This document shows positions 1-9,546 of a stretch of DNA of 64,000 nt, piece after piece. Position 1 is the first letter of the stretch; the number at the start of each line of letters is the position of its first letter. The DNA comes from an uncultured Acidobacteriaceae bacterium (GTDB taxonomy: Bacteria > Acidobacteriota > Terriglobia > Terriglobales > Acidobacteriaceae). The stretch spans positions 539,471 through 603,470 of the forward strand of contig CAVREG010000016.1 of NCBI GenBank assembly GCA_963720075.1, given 5' to 3'. The notes beneath the pieces were generated by a model, which saw only the letters and a list, made by a program, of their open reading frames with translations, did not search any database and was not told the origin of the DNA. The position numbers and the translations under genes were made by a program.

Positions 1-686
1 GCTATCTGACGCTCACCCAAGATGTCAGCCGAGTCATGACTCGGATCAAAGCTCTCTATCGAAGCTGGGCCATTCCATGCAGCGGTACCACCGTGTATGC
101 CCCGCGGTATCGGGCAGAGTGGTTGGCCAAGATCCCGCAGCCCGGGGTTCGCCTGCGAGCGGAACGTTTCTATCAGCAACTGGATCTGCTGCAACCGGTA
201 CGACAAGAAGCGCGACGGGATCTGCTGAGCGAGAGCCGGAAGCATCCTGCGGTGAAGTTACTGCGCCAAATTCCTGCGATCGGTCCGATCCGTGCGGCCA
301 TGCTTGTGGCGTTGCTGCAAACGCCCCACCGTTTCCGCACCAAGCGCCAACTGTGGGCTTACAGTGGTTTGGCGATCGAGACGCACGACAGCGGCGAGTA
401 CCGCTATGTGCAAGGGAAGCTGCGACGGAATCGGGAGCGCATCACCGTGCGCGGTCTGAATGGCAACCATAATCATGATCTGAAGAATCTGTTCAAGGGC
501 GCTGCTCTATCTGCGAGTACTCACCCTGGGCCGTTGTACGATTTCTATGTGGCGCTGCTTGAAAAAGGGATGCGACCGACAATGGCGCGTCTCACCCTGG
601 CCAGAAAGATTGCCGCGATCACCTTAACGATTTGGAAGAAAGGAGTAAGTTTCGACGCCAAAAAATTGCATCGGCAAGCCGCTTGA
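1..686 (+). CDS. IS110-family transposase, C-terminal part (5' end outside window)
   Basis: The frame is open from base 3 (YLTLTQDVSRVMTRIK...). The translation contains LRQIPAIGPIRAAMLVALLQTPHRFRTKRQLWAYSGLAIETHDSG, typical of the C-terminal Transposase_20 domain of IS110/IS116/IS902 enzymes. The N-terminal catalytic domain must lie upstream of the window. Confidence 0.8.
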   Translation, partial: YLTLTQDVSRVMTRIKALYRSWAIPCSGTTVYAPRYRAEWLAKIPQPGVRLRAERFYQQLDLLQPVRQEARRDLLSESRKHPAVKLLRQIPAIGPIRAAMLVALLQTPHRFRTKRQLWAYSGLAIETHDSGEYRYVQGKLRRNRERITVRGLNGNHNHDLKNLFKGAALSASTHPGPLYDFYVALLEKGMRPTMARLTLARKIAAITLTIWKKGVSFDAKKLHRQAA

Positions 687-1050
687 GCGTCTCTGGTAGC
701 AGGCCTCTCCATCTCCGGCGATTCTCTGGTGGTGGTCGGTCGGTTCTTGAGACGCTCGGTTCGAGGTGAGTATCAGTCAATGAGATCGGCCCTGTGTGCT
801 TCGGCACCGAGTCACCCATTACACGTTATGCCTCCTCGGATAACCAGAAATAGCGATAGGCCACGAGCCTCCGATAGAACCATGGTTGACACTCCAAGAC
901 CAGTTTCGCTTGCCCTGTCTCAAAACTCGATTGGCGTCGTCATCACCGAAGATGAAACCCACAGGAAGGGCAGACAAGCCAGAGCAAACCCCTCGAGCGA
1001 AATCGATGGGCACTTACAGACAGTGGGCTGGATCTCGAGACTAAAATCTT

Positions 1051-1079
1051 CTCGACCTCCGGTCGAGGGAGAACTTTTT
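1051..1079 (+). terminator. Terminator-like hairpin in the non-coding tail after the transposase
   Basis: 7-bp stem ctcgacc (1051-1057) / ggtcgag (1061-1067) with a 3-nt loop, followed by a T5 run at 1075-1079. Confidence 0.35.
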
Positions 1080-1283
1080 CCTTGACATCCCTTTTTATAG
1101 AACTCATTGACTTCCCACGAGGCGGAAGGGGGGTGCAACTTTGGGGGTCTCTATCTCCTAACCCCACTCTGGTTTGACCCGTTCCACGGAAGCTCTTAAA
1201 CTTATTCAGCATTCTTTTCCGTCTCTTCGTGCAGGGGGTTTTTCCTGAATTATTGGTTCCGCGTTTGGGGCTGCGCTCTTGTA

Positions 1284-2747
1284 TTGGCGCTGGGAGCTAA
1301 GTTTTCTGCGGCGCAGAACACTGGCGTCACGCTTGACAACAGCGAAGCTCTCTTCACTGTTCTCACCGCTGTAAATGCGTGTGGGTACGATGTTGGGCTT
1401 GAGGACTCCGTTCCTTTGCGAGCGCGAATCCGTAACGAGGTTGCCGCTAAGGTGGCGGCCTCAGATCTAGCGAATAATGCCACTCAGGCAATGTGCCAGT
1501 TTTATGACCAGCATAAAGTAGCCGATCCTTTGCACAATGTTGCTCAGTACATTTCTTTGGCATTGGTTCTCAATCCGCCTCCCGCGCTAACGCCCAAGGT
1601 AAAAGATGCAGACATTCCTCCAGACGCGGCCGCCGTCGTAGGAATCTTGCCCTTGATGCAGAAGTTTTATGAGGCAGCGGCTTTGCACTCGATTTGGACT
1701 AGTCATGCGCTGGCGTATGGTGAGTTTATAAGGCGCTATCACGATCCCCTTTCGAGCATGCTGTTTCAGACGGAGGCCTATTTAAAGTTGCCCTCCGCGG
1801 GATATCTTGGCCGGAACTTCACGGTTTATATAGATCCCATGGGCGCGCCCGATCAAACGAATGCACGCAACTACGGCGCGGACTATTTCGTGGTGATCTC
1901 TCCAGGGAAGGGATCATCGCTGAAGCTCGAGCAGATCCGTCACACCTATTTCCACTATCTGCTGGACCCGCTTGCCTTGAAGTATCCGACGGTTGTGAAG
2001 GCCATTGATCCGTTGCTCGAGTCGCTGAAATCCGCGCCCATGGATGAAAGCTTCAAGAGCGATTCATCTCTCTTAGTTACAGAATGCCTGATTCGCGCTA
2101 TCGAGGCCCGAACTGGAATGGGGAAGGCGACCGAAGCGGAGCGCCAGCAAGATGTGCAAACTTCCATGGAGCAGGGATTTGTTCTAACGCGCTATTTCTA
2201 CGACGCGCTGGCGCAATTCGAGAAGGATCCTGCGGGGTTGCGAAGTGTTTACGGATCACTGATCGCCGGCATAGACGTGGGTAAAGAGGAGAAGCGAGTT
2301 TCGCAAATACACTTTGCGGCGAACGCGGATCCCGAACTCTTGCATATTTCGCGCCCATCCGAGCGCAAGCTATTGATAGTGGCGGAAGAGAAGCTCTCCG
2401 CCGGCGACGCGGATTCGGCGCAGAAGCTTGCACAAGAAGCGCTCGATGAGAAAAAGGAAGATCCGGGTCGGGCACTGTTTATTTTGGCGCAAGTTGCTAC
2501 TATGCATCGAGATATTGACGGCGCCCGCAGCTATTTTGAGAAGGCGCTGGAGGTTGCCCAGGAGCCCACGGTGGTCGCCTGGTCCAATATCTATTTGGGC
2601 AGGATTTTTGATTTGCAGGAAGACCGGGAAGCGGCACTAGATCATTACCGGGCGGCCCTGACTGCGTCCGCGGCGCTTCCTGCGGCGAAAGCGGCGGCGC
2701 AGCACGGACTACAAAAACCGTACGAGCCGCCGAGCCGTTCACATTGA
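1284..2747 (+). CDS. Hypothetical protein with C-terminal TPR-like repeats
   Basis: Long uninterrupted ORF with a TTG start in the track; the real start is uncertain. The C-terminal third has TPR-like helices (ALFILAQVATMHRDIDGARSYFEKALEV, IYLGRIFDLQEDREAALDHYRAAL). The N-terminal part is not recognised. Confidence 0.6.
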   Translation: MALGAKFSAAQNTGVTLDNSEALFTVLTAVNACGYDVGLEDSVPLRARIRNEVAAKVAASDLANNATQAMCQFYDQHKVADPLHNVAQYISLALVLNPPPALTPKVKDADIPPDAAAVVGILPLMQKFYEAAALHSIWTSHALAYGEFIRRYHDPLSSMLFQTEAYLKLPSAGYLGRNFTVYIDPMGAPDQTNARNYGADYFVVISPGKGSSLKLEQIRHTYFHYLLDPLALKYPTVVKAIDPLLESLKSAPMDESFKSDSSLLVTECLIRAIEARTGMGKATEAERQQDVQTSMEQGFVLTRYFYDALAQFEKDPAGLRSVYGSLIAGIDVGKEEKRVSQIHFAANADPELLHISRPSERKLLIVAEEKLSAGDADSAQKLAQEALDEKKEDPGRALFILAQVATMHRDIDGARSYFEKALEVAQEPTVVAWSNIYLGRIFDLQEDREAALDHYRAALTASAALPAAKAAAQHGLQKPYEPPSRSH

Positions 2748-2822
2748 GATTTGTCTAGCCTGTCTGTGTATTCGTCGAGCATGTGCAACCTAATTTTCAG
2801 GGAATGAATTTAAGGAGAAAGC

Positions 2823-3710
2823 ATGAAGCCAGTAGCCATAGCCGTTCTTTTGCTTGGTTTGGTTATTTCGGGAGTTGCGCAACAGGCGCCGCCACCAACT
2901 ACACAGAACAAGCCGGCATCTGCGGCGCAAACCACCCAGCCACCGCAGGGGAGGCGACCACCACAAGCAAAAACGCAGCCCGAATTTGATGCATACCAAG
3001 CCGCGATGCGCAGCGCGAATGATCCCGCGGCCATTGAGAAAGCGGCAGATGATTTTTCCGCCAAGTTTCCAACCAGCGAATTGCGAGTTCTGCTGTATCG
3101 GACGGCGATGCACAGTTATCAAACCGCAAATAACGGCCAAAAGATGATGGAAATGGGGCGCAAAGTTTTGGCGATTGATCCCGATGATCCCGAGGCGCTT
3201 CTGGGAGTGTCGGAGGTCACGGTGGAGCAGACGGGCGACAACGATCTCGACAAAGACCAGCACCTTGCCGAGGCCCTCAAGATGGCGCAGCATTGTTTGG
3301 AAACAATAGACACCGACATCAGCATTCCAGTTGGGACTCCGCAGGAAAAAGTTGACTCTTACAAGGGCTTCCTCAGATCCTCCGCCGACGCCGTAATCGG
3401 AGCTATTCAATATGATCAGGAAAAGTATGCGGACGCGGAAGCATCGTTGCGAAAATCCATCGACGCTTTTCCGTCTCAACCGGATCCCGTAGCAATTTTC
3501 CGATTAGCGTTAGCGTTGGACAAGCAGGAAAAATATCCAGAAGCGCTGAAATACGCCAACCAAGCTGTGGGCCTCACCCAGGAAAGTTCGGCGGTGGGAG
3601 CGGCAGCGCGCCATGAGCGCGATCGCCTGATTGAACTGACGGGCGGAGTTCCTCCGGCGCCGGACACGAAGCCAACTCCCGGCGCAGCGGCCGCTCCGCC
3701 GGCGAAATAG
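2823..3710 (+). CDS. Secreted TPR-repeat protein
   Basis: Signal peptide MKPVAIAVLLLGLVISGVAQQ, a Pro/Gln-rich linker, then TPR-like repeats and a Pro/Ala-rich tail. Confidence 0.65.
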   Translation: MKPVAIAVLLLGLVISGVAQQAPPPTTQNKPASAAQTTQPPQGRRPPQAKTQPEFDAYQAAMRSANDPAAIEKAADDFSAKFPTSELRVLLYRTAMHSYQTANNGQKMMEMGRKVLAIDPDDPEALLGVSEVTVEQTGDNDLDKDQHLAEALKMAQHCLETIDTDISIPVGTPQEKVDSYKGFLRSSADAVIGAIQYDQEKYADAEASLRKSIDAFPSQPDPVAIFRLALALDKQEKYPEALKYANQAVGLTQESSAVGAAARHERDRLIELTGGVPPAPDTKPTPGAAAAPPAK

Positions 3711-3730
3711 CGCGAGATCTGAAGTCTACA

Positions 3731-4582
3731 GTGCTCACATTCGACAAAGGTCCAAACGTGGCCAAGCCATCTAACGAAGGACCTGAGATTACCTCGAACT
3801 CTTCCGAGGTATCGAACTTGGAAGCAGCCCTCGGCCACAGCTTTGGCAGTCCGGAGTTGCTGGAACAAGCACTGACCCACACATCCCAGGCTCGTGAACG
3901 GGAGGCGCAAAATCCCGACAGAGATCATGCCGCAGATAACGAACAACTAGAGTTCCTGGGAGATGCGGTCTTGGGATTTGTTTCAGCCGAAGAGCTTTGC
4001 CGCCGTTTTCCAAATCTTCGCGAGGGAGAACTTTCAAAACTCCGCGCCCATCTAGTCAGTGAGAAGCACCTGGTGAAAGTCTCGCATGAACTTGGGCTGG
4101 GAAATCATCTGCGGCTTGGTAAGGGCGAGGAGAAATCTGGCGGCCGAAAAAAAACTGCTTTGCTGGTGGATGCTTTGGAAGCAATTCTGGCTGCCATTTA
4201 TCTGGATGGTGGAATGAAGCCAGCTCGAGATTTTATAGTGCGGCAAATTATGAATCCAGAGTTGGAGCGAATCGCAAGCGCGGGTTCTCCGCTCCCCCTG
4301 AGCGATTACAAGTCCGCGCTTCAAGAAAAACTTCAGGCTATCGGACGAACGCAGCCGTTGTATGTTCTCGTTAAGGAGCATGGTCCGGAACATAAGAAGA
4401 CTTTCATAATTGAAGCGCGGCTGCCCGGCACAGATGACAAGCACAATCCTGAGTATGTGGGCCGAGCCGAGGGCTTCACGAAGAAGAGCGCGGAGCAGGA
4501 ATCTGCCCGACTTGTGCTGGAGTATCTTGCCGGGGCTCCGGGCAGAGCCGAGTGCACCAAGGTCGAGTCGAGTGCATCATGA
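3731..4582 (+). CDS. rnc: Ribonuclease III
   Basis: RNase III signature NEQLEFLGDAVLG. Also LVDALEAILAAIYLDGG and a C-terminal dsRBD (GPEHKKTFIIEARL...KKSAEQESARLVLEYL). The N-terminal start (GTG 3731) is uncertain. Confidence 0.9.
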   Translation: MLTFDKGPNVAKPSNEGPEITSNSSEVSNLEAALGHSFGSPELLEQALTHTSQAREREAQNPDRDHAADNEQLEFLGDAVLGFVSAEELCRRFPNLREGELSKLRAHLVSEKHLVKVSHELGLGNHLRLGKGEEKSGGRKKTALLVDALEAILAAIYLDGGMKPARDFIVRQIMNPELERIASAGSPLPLSDYKSALQEKLQAIGRTQPLYVLVKEHGPEHKKTFIIEARLPGTDDKHNPEYVGRAEGFTKKSAEQESARLVLEYLAGAPGRAECTKVESSAS

Positions 4583-5340
4583 TGGATGCGGGCGAGAAGT
4601 ATCAATCGCCGACACACAGCGACTGGCCGGGTTCGTTGCAATCTCTAATCACGACGGTCGTTATAGCCATCTTCGTGATCACTTTCGTGGTCCAGGCATT
4701 TCAGATTCCGTCCGAGTCTATGGAGAACACGCTGCTAATTGGCGACTCCTTGTTGGTGGACAAGCTGCATTATGGGGGACGCGGTTTTTGGGATCATGTG
4801 ATGCCTTACCGCGGGGTGCAGCGGGGCGATATCATCGTGTTTCATTATCCGATCCATCCAGCCGAGCATTTTGTGAAACGGGTAGTTGGCGTTCCGGGAG
4901 ATCGAGTACGATTGATGAATCGCGAGTTGTACGTAAATGGGATTCCTCAGCACGAACCCTACGTGCTTTACAGCGGCGCAACACACGACCCTTTTCGAGA
5001 TGATTTCCCGCGACTGAATATCGTGGTTCCCGGACTTGACGGCGCGTGGTGGGAAGAGATGAAGAAGCTGGTTGAGGATGACCAACTGATTGTTCCCGAG
5101 GGTCAATATTTTGTGCTTGGGGACAATCGCGACGAGAGCCTGGACAGCCGCTATTGGGGTTTTGTTCCGCGGGAGAATATCGTCGGACGTCCTTTAATGA
5201 TTTACTGGTCCGTGCGAAATGCTGATGCAGATGTTCGGGGGGATAGCACATCGGGCGAGAAGCTTTTTCATTTCTTTTACGCACTCACACACCTGTTTCA
5301 AATTACTCGTTGGGACCGGACGTTTCGGATAGTCCACTGA
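4579..5340 (+). CDS. lepB: Signal peptidase I (paralog 1)
   Basis: N-terminal TM helix, catalytic Ser box IPSESMENTLLIGD, Lys box VKRVVGVPGDRV, and GDNRDESLDSRYWGF. The ATG at 4579 overlaps the rnc stop (ATGA). Confidence 0.9.
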   Translation: MMDAGEKYQSPTHSDWPGSLQSLITTVVIAIFVITFVVQAFQIPSESMENTLLIGDSLLVDKLHYGGRGFWDHVMPYRGVQRGDIIVFHYPIHPAEHFVKRVVGVPGDRVRLMNRELYVNGIPQHEPYVLYSGATHDPFRDDFPRLNIVVPGLDGAWWEEMKKLVEDDQLIVPEGQYFVLGDNRDESLDSRYWGFVPRENIVGRPLMIYWSVRNADADVRGDSTSGEKLFHFFYALTHLFQITRWDRTFRIVH

Positions 5341-5379
5341 TCAAAACGAAAGCGAATTTCTCAAGGCAGAGTTCAATCA

Positions 5380-6141
5380 ATGAAAAAGGAAATCAAAGAA
5401 GAAAAACGGCGGGAGACAACGGTGGAGTTTCTCGCCTCATTGGCCACCGTTTTAGTCACGGGCCTGTTCATCATTGCGTTTGTCGTGCAGGCCTTTGAGA
5501 TTCCCAGCGGTTCCATGGAGAACACACTATTGATTGGGGACCATCTCTTCGCCAATCGTATCCAGTTCGCCCCGAAAACGTCGTGGATCGGGCCGATTCT
5601 GCCATATCGCCAGATCAAACGCGGTGATATTTTTGTCTTTCTTCATCCAACCGAACCGGGAATGGACGTTGTGAAGCGCGTGATCGGAATTCCCGGAGAC
5701 CGCATTCATTTACGCGACGGAGTTGTCTATCGTAATGGTGAGAAATTAGATGAACCCTACGTCATCCGCAACCCGGGACGTCCTTACAATCCGTATCGCG
5801 ACAACTTTCCCGCGGTGCCTCCCTCGGATACTAACGGCGTCAATCCGGATTGGGCTTTGACTCTCCCGCAGCACATCCAGGGAGACGACATCGTCGTACC
5901 CGAAAACAATTACTTCGGAATGGGCGATAATCGTGATGACAGCGCGGACAGCAGATATTGGGGCTTCATTCCGAAAGAGAACGTTATCGGTAGTCCCATG
6001 TTCATCTATTGGTCGTTCGAAACTCCGCGCGACCAGTGGGAGCAGCGAGGATTCTTTCAGCGGCTGGGATTCATGGCGCATGTGATTATTCATTTCTTTG
6101 ACCAGACGCGCTGGCATCGTACGCTGCGACTGGTGCGGTGA
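5380..6141 (+). CDS. lepB: Signal peptidase I (paralog 2)
   Basis: IPSGSMENTLLIGD, VKRVIGIPGDRI, GDNRDDSADSRYWGF. Very similar to paralog 3. Confidence 0.9.
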   Translation: MKKEIKEEKRRETTVEFLASLATVLVTGLFIIAFVVQAFEIPSGSMENTLLIGDHLFANRIQFAPKTSWIGPILPYRQIKRGDIFVFLHPTEPGMDVVKRVIGIPGDRIHLRDGVVYRNGEKLDEPYVIRNPGRPYNPYRDNFPAVPPSDTNGVNPDWALTLPQHIQGDDIVVPENNYFGMGDNRDDSADSRYWGFIPKENVIGSPMFIYWSFETPRDQWEQRGFFQRLGFMAHVIIHFFDQTRWHRTLRLVR

Positions 6142-6232
6142 GTTGGTGAATAGAAGCGTGGTCAAATGCCGCAGCTTCATCGCCCATATGTTGCGTTCAG
6201 AAAAAAAGATACCCGCAAGGAGAAGAGATTAA

Positions 6233-6997
6233 GTGGCGAAAAAAGAAATGAAGGATGAGCAGCCCCGCGAGACGACGGTAGAATTTCTCGCCTCGCTGGC
6301 CGCTGTTTTGGTCACTGGACTATTCATTATTACGTTCATCGTGCAGGCTTTCGAGATTCCATCCAGTTCCATGGAGAACACACTGCTGATCGGCGATCAC
6401 GTTTTTGTGAACCGCGTCCAGTTTTCCCCCAAGACTTCCTGGATCGGCCCCATACTTCCCTATCGCAAAATTAAGCGGGGCGATATCTTCGTTTTCCTCT
6501 CACCCGCTGAACCGGGCCTCTACGTTGTGAAGCGGGTCATCGGAATTCCCGGCGACCGCATCCACCTACGGGATGGAGTTGTTTATCGCAACGGGGAAAA
6601 ATTGGATGAGCCTTACGTCATTCATAACCCCAATGATAATTACAATCCTTATCGCGATAATTTTCCGGCAGTGCCGCCTTCCGATTTCAACGGCGTCAAT
6701 CCGGATTGGGCTTTAAATCTTCCGCAACACATTCAAGGAGACGATCTCGTTGTCCCTGAAAACAGCTACTTTGGGATGGGCGACAATCGCGACGTTAGCC
6801 TGGATAGTAGGTACTGGGGATTTGTGCCGAAAGAAAATGTCATTGGCCGGCCCATGTTTATTTATTGGTCATTTATAACCCCGCCCGATCAATGGGAACA
6901 GAAGGAAGTCAGCCAGCGGCTTGGATTTCTGGCGCACGTTGTGATCCATTTTTTTGATCAGACGCGTTGGCGGCGCACTTTAAGAGTGGTGCGGTGA
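6233..6997 (+). CDS. lepB: Signal peptidase I (paralog 3)
   Basis: GTG start. IPSSSMENTLLIGD, VKRVIGIPGDRI, GDNRDVSLDSRYWGF. Most positions are identical to paralog 2 by eye. Confidence 0.9.
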   Translation: MAKKEMKDEQPRETTVEFLASLAAVLVTGLFIITFIVQAFEIPSSSMENTLLIGDHVFVNRVQFSPKTSWIGPILPYRKIKRGDIFVFLSPAEPGLYVVKRVIGIPGDRIHLRDGVVYRNGEKLDEPYVIHNPNDNYNPYRDNFPAVPPSDFNGVNPDWALNLPQHIQGDDLVVPENSYFGMGDNRDVSLDSRYWGFVPKENVIGRPMFIYWSFITPPDQWEQKEVSQRLGFLAHVVIHFFDQTRWRRTLRVVR

Positions 6998-9546
6998 GTT
7001 GGTTTCGTTCAAGGCGTGGACTGGTGGCTTTACTCGGGGTGCTGCTGCTCGTTTTGTTCCTGATAAGGCCCAGTGTTGGCCACCTGCGCACGCGCATAGC
7101 CCGGTCTATCTCCACCTCGCTCGGGCGGCGTGTTGAAATTTCGTCCGCTAGCTTTCGCTTTCTTCCCCAGCCCGGATTTGATCTGGACAATTTTGTCGTT
7201 TATGACGATCCTGCTTTCAGTCTGGAACCAATGTTACGTTCCGACGAAGTTACCGCTTCGCTGCGAATAGCATCCCTGTTGCGCGGTCATCTGGAAATCT
7301 CAACTCTGAGGCTGATTGAGCCAAGCTTGAATTTGGTACGAAACAATAACGGCCATTGGAATCTGGAATATCTTTTGGAGCGAGCGGCAAAAGCTTCGGC
7401 GGCTCCGACTGGAAAACCAGCAAGCGAAACGCGGCCCGAGTTCCCGTACGTTGAGGCGAGCGGCGGCCGTATCAACTTTAAATTTGGAATGGAGAAGAAA
7501 CAGTTCGCTCTCACGGATGCCGATTTTGCCCTTTTTCAGGACTCAGAAAATTCCTGGGGTATGCGGTTGGAGGCTAGACCCATCCGGACAGATTCGAGCT
7601 TCTCGGATATCGGCTTGCTGAAAATAACCGGTTCATGGCGAAGAGCACAACCGCTGCACGAAACGCCGCTAAGGTTCAGCATGCGATGGCAACAGGCGCA
7701 GTTGGGGCAAGTTTCCAAACTTATTTACGAGAACGACCGCGGATGGCGCGGTGCTATGACGTTGTCAGCAGAAGTCAGCGGCACCCCTGAAAAATTAGTG
7801 ATAATTACTCAAGCATCGGTCGAAGACTTTAGGCGCTACGACGTTCTGACGGACAATCCCATTCGATTAAGGGCGCAATGCGGTGCAAATTACAGCTCTA
7901 CCTCACAAACGTTGTTTAACATCATCTGCTCATCTCCAGTTGGAGATGGTGCCATTACTTTGCACGGGAGCCTGTCTGTATCCACGTCGCCGATATTCCA
8001 TTTTGCGCTTTTTGCTCAGGACCTACCGCTCCAGTCTTTGATTGCTCTTGCGCGCCATTCGAAAAAAGATATTCCCGCCGACCTACTCGCCATTGGGACT
8101 CTTGACGGAGCCATGAGGATCCAGCGCGAAAAGAATGAGGACAATACAAAGACTGTATGGGAAGGAAACGGAGAAACCTCCGAGTTCCGGCTCACGTCAC
8201 AATCGGCGCCTCCTCAACTTTCGCTGCCGAAAATTCACCTCTCCATTTCTTCCGGAGGCCAGGATGACAATTATTCCAGGAAACATCCCCTTGCAATTGA
8301 GGAAAGCGTCCCAAGTTCAGGAGGGAGCCCTCCAGTAGAAACGCGCGTAACCATCAGCCCATTTGTTGTTGCGCTCGGCGAGCCGAAGCCGGCTACCGTA
8401 ACAGGATGGTTTTCTCTTTCCGGTTACAGCCTGACGATTGACGGCGATGCGCAGCTCCAGCAGTTGTTACGAGCCGCCCAAGCAATCGGAATTCCAGCGC
8501 CTAAGCCCGATGCCGAAGGCAAAGTGAAGTTCACACTGCAAATTGGGGACATATGGGCGGGATTCAAAGCCCCCAGAGTCACAGGAAATGCGGAGTTGCG
8601 TTCGGTTCGGGCAAAGGTCCGCGGGCTGAACGCGCCAATAGAAATCACAAACGCGAAAATATTTCTGGATCCAGATAAAACGAACGTTCAAAGTGTGACG
8701 GTTCTGGCTGCGGGCACGACATGGCGTGGGTCGTTGGTTCTGCCCCGGCCCTGCGGAGCCTTGGGATCGTGCCCTATCCACATGGACTTGCACGCCGATG
8801 AAATTGTCACCGACAAATTGGATAAGCTTTTGGATCCTCAGTACGCCAAACGTCCCTGGTACCGTTTTCTGATGGCTTCGCAGAAAAATTCCTATCTTCT
8901 TTCGCTTCGGGCGACGGGTCAACTCGCGGCGGATCGGATTCTCTTGCACAAGCTTAATGGAACGCACTTCTCCGCCAGTTTCGATTTGGACCGGGGAAAG
9001 CTTCAGCTAACGAACCTGCGCGGTGCGGTCCTTGGCGGAACCCACACCGGCGAGTGGACATTGGATTTTACGACGCGACCTCCGGCATATAGCGGGGACG
9101 GCTCTTTCCAAAACGTTGCTTTGGCGCAGCTCGCAAGCGCCACGCACGATAACTGGATTTCGGGGACGGCCACGGCCACTTATCACGCGACGGCTTCGGG
9201 CTGGAATGCGGACGAACTCTTTTCGTCCGCCACCGGAATTCTGCAAATTCAAGCCCGCGATGGATTCATGCCGCACATGACTTCGACAAGTTTCGCTGGC
9301 CCGCTACAAATCGGCAATTTCGAAGGCAGTTTAGTTCTTCGCCACAAGGAGCTTGACTTCAGAGAAGCAAAGCTCGAAACCAATGGCGGCACTTATCAGG
9401 TAAGCGGAACAGCGTCTTTAGGCCGGGCGCTCAACTTGAAGCTCGCGCGCAGTGGAAATCGCGGGTTCAACATTACCGGAACGGTGAGCACTCCCATTAT
9501 CTCGACTAACCCCATTCGCGAGACGCAAGCGGCCTTAAAGCCATGA
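6994..9546 (+). CDS. AsmA/TamB-like large envelope protein
   Basis: N-terminal TM anchor (LVALLGVLLLVLFLI). An AsmA-like N-terminal region follows (RVEISSASFRFLPQPGFDLDNFVVYDDP...LEISTLRLIEPSLNLVRNNNGHWN), then a long beta-rich body. The GTG at 6994 overlaps the lepB3 stop (GTGA). Confidence 0.6.
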   Translation: MSWFRSRRGLVALLGVLLLVLFLIRPSVGHLRTRIARSISTSLGRRVEISSASFRFLPQPGFDLDNFVVYDDPAFSLEPMLRSDEVTASLRIASLLRGHLEISTLRLIEPSLNLVRNNNGHWNLEYLLERAAKASAAPTGKPASETRPEFPYVEASGGRINFKFGMEKKQFALTDADFALFQDSENSWGMRLEARPIRTDSSFSDIGLLKITGSWRRAQPLHETPLRFSMRWQQAQLGQVSKLIYENDRGWRGAMTLSAEVSGTPEKLVIITQASVEDFRRYDVLTDNPIRLRAQCGANYSSTSQTLFNIICSSPVGDGAITLHGSLSVSTSPIFHFALFAQDLPLQSLIALARHSKKDIPADLLAIGTLDGAMRIQREKNEDNTKTVWEGNGETSEFRLTSQSAPPQLSLPKIHLSISSGGQDDNYSRKHPLAIEESVPSSGGSPPVETRVTISPFVVALGEPKPATVTGWFSLSGYSLTIDGDAQLQQLLRAAQAIGIPAPKPDAEGKVKFTLQIGDIWAGFKAPRVTGNAELRSVRAKVRGLNAPIEITNAKIFLDPDKTNVQSVTVLAAGTTWRGSLVLPRPCGALGSCPIHMDLHADEIVTDKLDKLLDPQYAKRPWYRFLMASQKNSYLLSLRATGQLAADRILLHKLNGTHFSASFDLDRGKLQLTNLRGAVLGGTHTGEWTLDFTTRPPAYSGDGSFQNVALAQLASATHDNWISGTATATYHATASGWNADELFSSATGILQIQARDGFMPHMTSTSFAGPLQIGNFEGSLVLRHKELDFREAKLETNGGTYQVSGTASLGRALNLKLARSGNRGFNITGTVSTPIISTNPIRETQAALKP

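Noticed and set aside
2790-3479. 229-aa ORF on the minus strand
   Set aside because: It is entirely antisense to the well-formed secreted TPR gene. It has no motifs and an Arg/Leu/Gly-rich composition typical of shadow ORFs in GC-rich DNA.
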